Source: a virus (lineage: Duplodnaviria; Caudoviricetes). Taken from it: 58,047 nt of DNA. Shown one piece after another: positions 48,989-58,047 of this stretch (its first letter is position 1; every line of letters begins with the position of its first letter). The stretch covers positions 1-58,047 of the IMG/VR virus record IMGVR_UViG_3300036831_000092; one strand, written 5' to 3'. The translations under genes and the position numbers were made by a program. The notes beneath the pieces are model-generated. The model searched no databases and was not told where the DNA came from. It saw only the letters and a program-made list of their open reading frames with translations.

Positions 48989-50185
48989 TTACGATTGGTG
49001 ATTGACGATTGACGAAAGGAAACTTTCGCCCGCGCCGAGCTTGAGGCCGAAGTTGTCGGCGATGGTCTGGCCGATGTCGGAGAGCGAGGCGCGGTCGCCG
49101 AGGTTGACTCCGGCGCGTGCGCTCTTGCCGTAGACGAGGAGCGGGGCGTACTCGCGCGTGTGGTCGGTGCCGCGGTAGGTTGGGTCGTTGCCGTGGTCGG
49201 CTGTGATGACGAGGAGGTCTGTGTCGTTCATCACCGCTTCGATTTCGGGGAGGCGCGCGTCGAAGTGCTCCAGCGCGCGGGCGTAGCCTTCCGTGTCGCG
49301 GCGGTGGCCGTAGAGCATGTCGAAGTCAACGAGGTTCGAGAAGACGAGGCCGCGCGTTTGGCCTTGAAGCGCGGCGATAGTCTCGTCAATGGATTGATCG
49401 TTGTTCTTGCCGGGCAGTTCCCTCGTGACGCCCGCGGCGTCGTAGATGGAACTTATCTTGCCGACGGCGACAACGTCTAACCCCGCGCCGGAGAGCACGG
49501 GCAGGAGCATTTCGCGCGGCGGCGCGACCGCGTAGTCGTGCCGGTTCTCAGTCCGCCGAAAAGCGCCCGGCTCTCCGACGAAAGGGCGCGCGATGACGCG
49601 GCCCACCTCGTGCTCGCCGCGCAGAATGTTTCGCGCCGTCTCGCAAATCTCGTAGAGACGCCTGAGGGGCACGACCTCTTCGTGCGCGGCGATCTGAAAG
49701 ACCGAGTCGGCGGACGTGTAGATGATGGGCTTGCCCGTGCGGACGTGCTCCGCGCCGAGTTCCTTGATGATCTCCGTGCCCGACGCAGGCGTGTTGCCGA
49801 GGACGCCGGGCACGCCCGTCTCACTGACGAAGCGTTCGATGATCTCCGCGGGGAAGCCTTCGGGGTAGGTCGGGAAGGCGCGCTCCAGAATGATGCCGGC
49901 CATCTCCCAGTGGCCCGTCGTCGTGTCCTTGCCGTTCGAGCGCAGGGCGCAGCGACCGAACGAGCCGCGCGGCGCGGCCACGGGCGGCACGCCCGCGAGC
50001 GTGCGGATGTTGCCCAGACCCCAGCTTCGCAGGTTCGGCAACTTCACTTCGCGCGACTCAAGGACGTGGCCGAGCGTGTCCGCGCCCGCGTCGCCCCACG
50101 CGGCTGCGTCCGGCATCTCGCCAATGCCGAGGCTGTCGAGGACGATCAGAGCGATGCGCTCGAAGGCGCGTTTGTCGTTCGTCAT
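48989..50185 (-). CDS. deoB: Phosphopentomutase
   Basis: LDSLGIG, GKDTTTGHWE, YTSADSVFQIAAHE, ITADHGNDP, DHTRE. Confidence 0.96.
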   Translation of the reverse strand: MTNDKRAFERIALIVLDSLGIGEMPDAAAWGDAGADTLGHVLESREVKLPNLRSWGLGNIRTLAGVPPVAAPRGSFGRCALRSNGKDTTTGHWEMAGIILERAFPTYPEGFPAEIIERFVSETGVPGVLGNTPASGTEIIKELGAEHVRTGKPIIYTSADSVFQIAAHEEVVPLRRLYEICETARNILRGEHEVGRVIARPFVGEPGAFRRTENRHDYAVAPPREMLLPVLSGAGLDVVAVGKISSIYDAAGVTRELPGKNNDQSIDETIAALQGQTRGLVFSNLVDFDMLYGHRRDTEGYARALEHFDARLPEIEAVMNDTDLLVITADHGNDPTYRGTDHTREYAPLLVYGKSARAGVNLGDRASLSDIGQTIADNFGLKLGAGESFLSSIVNHQS

Positions 50186-50212
50186 TTTTTCTTCGTTGTC
50201 CTTCTGAAGCGG

Positions 50213-51454
50213 TCAACCCCGCGGCGCGCGGTAGCCGTCGCGCGCGCGCACCTGCGCGTCACGCACGCCGCGCACGGTGACGCGGATGTTGCGGAAAGCG
50301 CCGTCGCGCGTCTTGTTGGTCGGGTAGTAGCCGAGGCTGTACTGCGTGCCGATGTCTTCGGCGACATGACGGAAGGCGCGCTGCGCGTCGCGGAGGTCGG
50401 CGACGGGGAAGGTCTTGCCGCCGGACTCGCGCGCAAGCTGGTTCATCTCCTGTCGCGCGATTTGATAGAGAGTGCGGCTCGCGTGCATGCGCTCGAACTG
50501 ACCCATCCGGCAGAAGTCGGAGAAGTCTGCGGCGTCCGCGCCCGGCGCGATAACGCGCCGGTAGCGTTCGAGCTGCGCGTGCGAAAGCCGCAAAGCGCCG
50601 TCGTCCTGGCAGTCTTCCATCAAACGATCTTCGACGTACTCCTCCGTGTTGACCTCGACGAAGTAAGAGACCAGCCCGGCGCGCTTCAACATCTCCCGCG
50701 CGCTCTCGAAGTCCGACTCGCTCGTCGAGTCAACGCCGTCCGTGAGCGCGACGAGCGCGCGACGACCGCGCAGCGCATCTCTCGGCCCGTCGCGGAAGAC
50801 TTCCTTTGTGACCCTTTCGAGGCTGTCGTAGAAGGGCGTGCCGTTGGACGCGCCGATGTTCTCGATGGCCTCCTGCAACTCCTTGCGGTCGTCGGTGAGC
50901 GGCGTTTTGACTTCGACGGTGGCGAGTTTCTCGCTCCCGTCCTGCTTGGTGTCGAAGGCGAGGACGGCGACGCGGTCGCCGGGCCGGAGCGCCTCGACGA
51001 AGGCGAGCGCGGCGCGGCGTATGAGTCCCACCTCCTCGCGCGTCGAACCCGACGTGTCCAGAAGCAGCGCGACCTCGAAGGGCGCTTCGGTCGTCGCGAA
51101 GTTGGCGATCTTTTGCGGTCGCCCGTCCTCGAATATCTGGAAGTCTTCGGCGCGCAGGCCCGTCAGGGGCCGCCCCGCCCCGTCCGTGACGACCGCCGGG
51201 ACGGAGACGAGTTGCGTCTCGACGCGCACCACGTCGCCCTCGTCAATCTCCTCGCCCGCGCCGTCCGCGCCCTTCGCGGAAGACTGTTTGGCGGCGGGCG
51301 TGGGCGTCGCGTCGGGCTGCTGCTGCGCGCCGACCCTGCGCGGGCGCTGATGCGTCTCGTCCTGCGCAATGCCGCCCGGCGCAGCGGCGAAGATGACGAG
51401 GACGATGAGCGAAGTGAGCGCGCAGGCTTTTGCGCTTGCCGGAAACTTCAGCAC
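50213..51454 (-). CDS. Secreted VWA-domain protein (acidobacterial VWFA type)
   Basis: Signal peptide; DTSGS MIDAS, TDGVD, QYSLGYYP. Confidence 0.88.
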   Translation of the reverse strand: MLKFPASAKACALTSLIVLVIFAAAPGGIAQDETHQRPRRVGAQQQPDATPTPAAKQSSAKGADGAGEEIDEGDVVRVETQLVSVPAVVTDGAGRPLTGLRAEDFQIFEDGRPQKIANFATTEAPFEVALLLDTSGSTREEVGLIRRAALAFVEALRPGDRVAVLAFDTKQDGSEKLATVEVKTPLTDDRKELQEAIENIGASNGTPFYDSLERVTKEVFRDGPRDALRGRRALVALTDGVDSTSESDFESAREMLKRAGLVSYFVEVNTEEYVEDRLMEDCQDDGALRLSHAQLERYRRVIAPGADAADFSDFCRMGQFERMHASRTLYQIARQEMNQLARESGGKTFPVADLRDAQRAFRHVAEDIGTQYSLGYYPTNKTRDGAFRNIRVTVRGVRDAQVRARDGYRAPRG

Positions 51455-51894
51455 GGTCTTACACTCTCGTTAACGAAACTTCAACGTCAAATATAGCCGC
51501 AAACGCGCGCGGACGGAAAGGGCGGAGGCGATGCCCGTCATCGGGAGACTGGACAAGCAGGTTGACGAACTAATCATCTCCCCTGTCTCGAAGAGGCGGC
51601 GCGACGAAGAGCTGCCACCGGAACGGCAACGCGGCGAAGACTCGCCCGCGGCTTCAACACACACGCCGTCGGAAGGTGAGAGTTCCGCGAAGACGGACGA
51701 GTTGCCCGTCTGGCTTTTATAGAAGAATGAAGGCGAAAGGATGAGGCGAACCAGATTGCGTTCCTTCATCCTTGCCGCGCGGGTCTATCTTGTCAGGCAC
51801 GTCGGCGCGAGACACAGACGATTCATCTCATCCCCGGCCACTCCTCCCCGCAGCGCGCCTTCGGATCATCCGGTGCTCACCTTGTCCCGCACGC

Positions 51895-51923
51895 TTGACA
51901 CTTCGGCGCGCTTCTCTTAAATT
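51895..51923 (+). promoter_or_regulatory. tRNA operon promoter
   Basis: TTGACA-N17-TAAATT. Confidence 0.65.
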
Positions 51924-51947
51924 GTGACTTCGGTTGCGGTTCTTTTC

Positions 51948-52022
<75 letters not shown>

Positions 52023-52055
52023 GACATACCCACGGTTTGAAAATTTAAGGTTCTC

Positions 52056-53300
<1,245 letters not shown>

Positions 53301-53427
53301 AATTCACTGATAATACAATATTTCACTCTTGGGATAAAGACTTTTTCTATCCTAGTAGGGCTTTGCCGATGTGATGAATAACGTAGCTGACAATGAATTC
53401 TGCCCTTTTCCAAATTCGTTTAAGCAC

Positions 53428-53727
53428 CTAATCGAGTTTAATGATCTCACCTTCCTCAACTACCATTCTTTCGCGCATAGGCTTGTCTTTGAGCGGCGCA
53501 TAAGCACCTTGTTCCCTTGCCACGCTCATAAGCCTTTCCTGAAGGTTTTCTAGTTGCCTCTTAACGTCCAAGTATTTGTTTAGGAGGGAGACTGGAACCG
53601 TAAAGGTTTTTCTATTGTTGTTAGCGGGCGTCCGGTTGATACTGAACGTCTTGTAGCCTTCATTGATGACTGCTAATTCAACTTTTTCTTCCGTATGTTC
53701 TTCTTCCCTTCGCGGTAATGACGACAT
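53428..53727 (-). CDS. Hypothetical protein
   Basis: ORF track; start uncertain. Confidence 0.45.
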   Translation of the reverse strand: MSSLPRREEEHTEEKVELAVINEGYKTFSINRTPANNNRKTFTVPVSLLNKYLDVKRQLENLQERLMSVAREQGAYAPLKDKPMRERMVVEEGEIIKLD

Positions 53728-54043
53728 AAGTGATGAATGGATAATTATCTACAAACAGCTTGAGCTTTAATCTCCATATCGGGGTAGCGAAGCCCTTATA
53801 TTCCCAAACCTGTTCCGTTCCGTTTTTCAGCTTTACGAAGAAATCAACTTTGTGATTGCAGATTTGAGCACCATGCAGGCCATATAGCGGAAAGTTTTTT
53901 TGTGGCTCTACCTTGAGAAGTTTGCCCGACTTAATAAGCAGATCAATTTCTTGTGCAAGACCCGCCTCGCCCTTACTGTCATAGAGTCGGCCATTGTACT
54001 CAGTTCTCTTATTGAAGAATTTAGTGCGTCGTTGGTAAGACAA
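53678..54043 (-). CDS. DUF1064-like PD-(D/E)XK protein
   Basis: 'K..NKRT..NG..YDSKGEA', 'VDF', 'EYKGF.T...LK.KL'. Confidence 0.8.
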   Translation of the reverse strand: MSYQRRTKFFNKRTEYNGRLYDSKGEAGLAQEIDLLIKSGKLLKVEPQKNFPLYGLHGAQICNHKVDFFVKLKNGTEQVWEYKGFATPIWRLKLKLFVDNYPFITYVVITAKGRRTYGRKS

Positions 54044-54054
54044 ACGTGTGAGGG

Positions 54055-54387
54055 TTAATTATTTTCTTCGGTTACATTTCCGTCCAGTGTGCCGTTCTCG
54101 ATGCTGACAGATCCACACTCCGGGCATTGAGCATCAATTAAGGCGAGATTGGATTTGAACGAGTGGCGGCAGTCGGTACAAAGATAATCTCTTACCTTTC
54201 TTGGCCGCCCCTTGGCCTTCACTTTGATTGTGTATAGGCTTTTCCCCTTCTTCCGGCCCCTGCGCTTTTTAACAGGCTCCGGGGCTTCTTCAATCAATCG
54301 CCCCCCGACGAGATTTAAGAGCTGCGATTCGAGGGATTCCAACTGCCTGCACAAATCGCGCACCATCTCAACTTTTGTTTTGTCCAT
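54055..54387 (-). CDS. Zn-ribbon/AT-hook-like hypothetical protein
   Basis: KRRGRKK, KGRPRK, CxxC..CPECGS. Confidence 0.6.
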   Translation of the reverse strand: MDKTKVEMVRDLCRQLESLESQLLNLVGGRLIEEAPEPVKKRRGRKKGKSLYTIKVKAKGRPRKVRDYLCTDCRHSFKSNLALIDAQCPECGSVSIENGTLDGNVTEENN

Positions 54388-54839
54388 TATTGAGTTGTTA
54401 ATACTTTGAACTTATGAACAAAGGACTGACTTAAAAAGACGTGTTTGGGAACTAAGGCGGCAGGTATCTTGAATTCTCCGACAAGCTTCTTTACTGGATA
54501 GCCATCAGCGAACGGTAGGAGGTCTTTAAGAAACATGGAGTATAAGCTTACGTCACCGTTTTCTGGCAGGCCGTATATCCAAATGGGAGAGATGGATTGA
54601 TGGAGTGCGGCCGGTTCAATACACACGTTGCCGGTCGCCTCAGAAAGCTCGTCATACTTCATTTCGAGCTTACAGAGTTCGCCGTTGATCCGAACTTCCC
54701 TATCCCAGCCTTTCTTATCTCGGTACTTCAGGTTGTCGCTATCAATAACCTCGCAGCCTTTTTCTTTAAGCACCTTTTCAACCTCACTTTCAAACCACCT
54801 CCCTACTTTTTTTCTATCTTTGAAATAGGCCGACTCCAT
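54387..54839 (-). CDS. PD-(D/E)XK nuclease-like protein
   Basis: 'G..FE', 'WD..EMKYD..TGNVCIE'. Confidence 0.7.
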   Translation of the reverse strand: MESAYFKDRKKVGRWFESEVEKVLKEKGCEVIDSDNLKYRDKKGWDREVRINGELCKLEMKYDELSEATGNVCIEPAALHQSISPIWIYGLPENGDVSLYSMFLKDLLPFADGYPVKKLVGEFKIPAALVPKHVFLSQSFVHKFKVLTTQ

Positions 54840-55118
54840 AGTTCATTTGTTATTTATTACCTCTCCTCTTCCCATACTCTGAATAGTTGTGCTTAGTGAT
54901 CCGCGAGGACGTTCCATAAGCCCATCCGATTTCCCATCCGTTCTTGTTTAAGGTTCTCTTGTGAACCGGGCAGCGCAGGCGTTCTAGCCTGTTCCTGTTT
55001 GGCTTCTTGCCGGTATAGCGATAGCAAACAGTAAGCGGCTTGCCGCACTTCTTGGGATGATGAAACTTTGGGTGTTTGTATTCTTCTTCTGGGGTCAAAG
55101 AAGGCGGGTGGTTACTCG

Positions 55119-55194
55119 TGGCGGGTGGTTTGGGAATCGAACCCAACGCGGCTGCTTTTGGAGAGCGGCCAGCCTATCCTTGGCGTTCCCACCC
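55119..55194 (-). tRNA. Degenerate tRNA-Trp(CCA)
   Basis: 76 nt, CCA at 34-36, TTCGATT T-loop, G73, CCA end; mismatches at 7:66 and 28:42, atypical D arm. Confidence 0.7.
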
Positions 55195-55264
55195 TTTATT
55201 ACAGGATAGCAAGCCTATTAGAATGGTCAATGCCAGTTATCCACAGCCTTATGGAAGAATGATT

Positions 55265-55822
55265 ATGAGAATAAGTAATGATGCTAAAGAGCTAGCCAAG
55301 CTGAAATACATTCGAGGCGCGCAAGAGATTTCAAGCAAGCACTACGCGAATATTGAGCGATTTGAACGGACGATGCCGCGAGGTGGCATGATGAAAGGCG
55401 CGATAGACAAAGAGCATTTGCAGATGATCCAAGAACTAGCTGACTTATATTTGGAAGCCCACCTTGAAATGTTTGTAGCTGAAGGGATATTGCCCGATAC
55501 AAACGATATGAGGGAGTTCCGGGCCGAGATTGAAAATATAGTCAGCCGCAGATCAGGCGGTGAATTTTGGAGTCCGAGGCCATCAACTAACTCAACTCTG
55601 TCTTTCCTTCCACAAAGCATCTATATCAACTTCGCCAACAGGGTAAAGCAAATGGAGCTTGAAGCCAGGGTACACAAGGCCGCGCCAGAGCAACCGGCAA
55701 GCACCAGCTATAACACAACGATTCATGGCCCCAATTACGGTAACATTCAGCAGGGGGGTCAAGGTAATACTCAATCTGTAACCCGCGCCGGGTCAGAAGA
55801 GGAAGGCGATGAGGAAAATTGA
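55265..55822 (+). CDS. Tandem paralog 1 with C-terminal N/Q/G (RHIM-like) motif
   Basis: MRISNDAK..YNTTIHGPNYGNIQQGGQGNTQS. Confidence 0.8.
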   Translation: MRISNDAKELAKLKYIRGAQEISSKHYANIERFERTMPRGGMMKGAIDKEHLQMIQELADLYLEAHLEMFVAEGILPDTNDMREFRAEIENIVSRRSGGEFWSPRPSTNSTLSFLPQSIYINFANRVKQMELEARVHKAAPEQPASTSYNTTIHGPNYGNIQQGGQGNTQSVTRAGSEEEGDEEN

Positions 55823-56369
55823 TTTAAGAATTAGCGCAGCCAGGAAGAAGCTGGCAGACAGCGAGTATAAGAAACAGGCTATCGAGATTGATAGGCGTTA
55901 TTCGCACATCAAGCTTAATGATATTACCTTTCACATGATGCGCGAAAAGGAGAGCCGTCAATATTTTCAAATCTACGCAGAGTGGATGAAGATAAAAGTG
56001 CGTGCAAGGCTACAAACCTACTTAGAAGCTTTCAAGGAAGAAGGGGTAATACCGGACGATGCTGACCTAAGCAATATGAGCTGGGCTTTTCAGGGCGTGA
56101 TAGAAGACTTTACCGCTTCCCTCCCTCAAGAATTAAGCTCAGCATTGCAGCAGCTTGGGAGAATGCAGGTAATCGAGGACGCCCGGAGAGATATTGACAT
56201 CTTTGCCCAAAAGATGAGCATTGAACAAATGAGGGCAGAGGCCCAGAAGCCCCAGCCGCCGCATGGGAATATCTACAATATGTACATAGGAGAAAATCGC
56301 GGGCCTATCCAGCAGGGCGGCAGCAGCAACACCCAAAGCACCAGCGGGAGCAATGATGAAACTAAGTGA
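55809..56369 (+). CDS. Tandem paralog 2
   Basis: ..YNMYIGENRGPIQQGGSSNTQS. Confidence 0.8.
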   Translation: MRKIDLRISAARKKLADSEYKKQAIEIDRRYSHIKLNDITFHMMREKESRQYFQIYAEWMKIKVRARLQTYLEAFKEEGVIPDDADLSNMSWAFQGVIEDFTASLPQELSSALQQLGRMQVIEDARRDIDIFAQKMSIEQMRAEAQKPQPPHGNIYNMYIGENRGPIQQGGSSNTQSTSGSNDETK

Positions 56370-56939
56370 AGATGCGAAGAAATTAGCTGAAGCCCTAATG
56401 AGCAAAGACCATTATCAGGTAGCTCTTTGGGCAGAAGAAGACATCAGAAGAGTGAGAGCCGCGAGAACACAATCAAACCCGCAATTCAATCAATTAATCG
56501 CCCATCACGAGGAGAGTATTAGAAGGACTTTCAAATACATAATTAACGCTTACGTTGAAGGTTACAAGATGGACAACTCGTTGATGGACGATGAAGATAG
56601 ACATGAAATTATTGAGTTCATTAGAAGCATGATTAATCGGCGGCTCGAACATATTACCAACTCAGTGGTGGGCCGTGACTTTATCATCCATATACCGGCG
56701 AAAAAATCCCTAACCTAGACGCTCAATTGGCTGGTCACTTCGACAGGTTGGTAGGAGAGGCAGCGGTAGAATTAAACTTGGTTCAGAACCAAATGGTAAT
56801 GGATCAGAAACGACGAGAGCGTGAAGAAAGATTAAGGGCTAACCAAATAAACATCTACGGCCACAACTACGGCAATATCCAACAGGGCGGCAGCGGTAAT
56901 ACTCAAAGTACCAGCGAGGGCGGCGATGAAGTTAAGTGA
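56356..56939 (+). pseudogene. Tandem paralog 3, frameshifted near 56690
   Basis: Two ORF halves align to paralog 4 if one base is restored; ends INIYGHNYGNIQQGGSGNTQS. Confidence 0.75.
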
Positions 56940-57504
56940 AGATGCGAGTAAGTACGCGGAATCAATTTACAGAAAAGTTTTTACGCAATGCGCTATTGAT
57001 GGCGAAACAGAGCGTCGGAAAATCCGGGCGACTGCGACCCCAAGTAATCCTAATATCCCACAGATGTCAGATCACTTCGTTAGCCTCACAAAGCGGCTGG
57101 TTGATGCGCGGCTTGATTCTTACGTCCAAGCATACAAGCAGGACGGCCTGCTCATTGACGAAGAAGACAAGGACGAAATTATCGAGGCGCTTAGGAAGAT
57201 CATCAAAAACAATATAATGTGGGTAACTACTGACTCCACTCTCCGAGAATTCAGACTGCCCAATACCGGCCAGCTTATCCCCAACATGGAGTCCTACATG
57301 ACCGCCCGCCTTGAAAGAATACTTGGGGAAGCTGCGGTTGATTTAGATTTAGCCAGGAATCAAATGGTAATGGAGCGGAAGAATAGGAAAACTGAACTGC
57401 CGCCCACCCATTACAACATTCATGTCTATGGAGATAATCACGGCAATATTCAACAAGGCGGAGAGAATAACAGTCAGACCATTAACCCCAAGGAGGACGA
57501 GTAA
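56926..57504 (+). CDS. Tandem paralog 4
   Basis: MKLSEDAS..YNIHVYGDNHGNIQQGGENNSQT. Confidence 0.8.
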   Translation: MKLSEDASKYAESIYRKVFTQCAIDGETERRKIRATATPSNPNIPQMSDHFVSLTKRLVDARLDSYVQAYKQDGLLIDEEDKDEIIEALRKIIKNNIMWVTTDSTLREFRLPNTGQLIPNMESYMTARLERILGEAAVDLDLARNQMVMERKNRKTELPPTHYNIHVYGDNHGNIQQGGENNSQTINPKEDE

Positions 57505-57510
57505 CTTCCG

Positions 57511-57951
57511 TTAGGTCAAGCTACCGATGAACTGCCAAAACTGATTCCATTCAGTATTGCGTCTTGAACACTGCAAGATCACACCGCCAGTCTTAAAGAA
57601 ATTCAACAGGCTACCCATCTGTATAATGTCGTTATCTAGCTTCTTAGCAAGCAATAGGTACGGCACAAGGAGCTTGATTACTTCGGCGTGCGCCAGCGAG
57701 GTTTTTAACGGTGAGGCGTAAATCTTATTAAGCTTCGGAATCTCATCAAACAGCGTCCGGGTAGCCGGAAACTGTCCGGCCTCACACGCTATAAAAATCA
57801 TCTTCTGCGGATTGAAGGGTAAGACCCAATGCGCGAAGGCTTCCCACGTCAGAAGCATATCAGGCGCTATGCTGATGACCTCGCGGTTGCTGTGCGCTAT
57901 AACGACAACAAGCTTGATGGAACTGTATTTGCCTTTGTAGTCACCAAACCA
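57511..57951 (-). CDS. Possible CHAT/caspase-fold protease fragment
   Basis: Frame open to 57951; 'LVVVIAHS' and 'MIFIACEAG' resemble His/Cys dyad strands. Confidence 0.4.
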   Translation of the reverse strand, partial: WFGDYKGKYSSIKLVVVIAHSNREVISIAPDMLLTWEAFAHWVLPFNPQKMIFIACEAGQFPATRTLFDEIPKLNKIYASPLKTSLAHAEVIKLLVPYLLLAKKLDNDIIQMGSLLNFFKTGGVILQCSRRNTEWNQFWQFIGSLT

Positions 57952-58047
57952 CTATGCACTGAAAGTGCATAGGTTGCCGTGGGACTGAAAGTCCCACATC
58001 ATTCGAGGATGAACCGGTCGCTTTCACGGTTCATCCTCGAATGATGT
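57952..58047. repeat. Cluster of three hairpins at window end
   Basis: CTATGCACT-GAA-AGTGCATAG; GTGGGACT-GAA-AGTCCCAC; perfect 21-bp IR 57996-58016/58027-58047. Confidence 0.8.

Noticed and set aside
48907-49015. Heptamer inverted repeats (AATCGTC)n / (GACGATT)n between hpt and deoB
   Set aside because: Looks like an ordinary host REP/terminator-like element between convergent genes; too short to call further
49538-51496. 652-aa plus-strand ORF
   Set aside because: Antisense shadow of the very GC-rich deoB and VWA host genes, in register with both; no coupling to neighbours
55076-55264. N-terminal extension of paralog 1 in the ORF track
   Set aside because: It is the antisense of the tRNA-Trp-like gene; paralog alignment places the start at 55265

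Overview
Positions 1-~48250 hold most of a temperate siphovirus-like prophage, cut at the left window edge. Tail, head and packaging genes and a long early/replication operon lie on the minus strand. The immunity region (cro-like gene, repressor, twin palindromic operators) is at ~40.4-42.8 kb, followed by a plus-strand early operon ending in xis/int. Three GC-rich host genes follow (hpt, deoB, a VWA protein of the acidobacterial type, suggesting an Acidobacteriota/Blastocatellia host), then tRNA-Val and tRNA-Asp. A second, AT-richer integrative element is inserted at tRNA-Asp. Most notable: (1) a Zn-finger/photoactive-yellow-protein-like sensor directly behind the prophage repressor; (2) four tandem paralogs each ending in a RHIM-like N/Q/G motif, facing a caspase/CHAT-like fragment; (3) a TPR protein with a divergent secreted peptide, possibly arbitrium-like; (4) stop-free 'bridge' ORFs that exactly span antisense cassettes inside the late operon; (5) a radical SAM + methyltransferase + ParB-N cluster next to the terminase. 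All calls come from reading motifs by eye; no searches were run.
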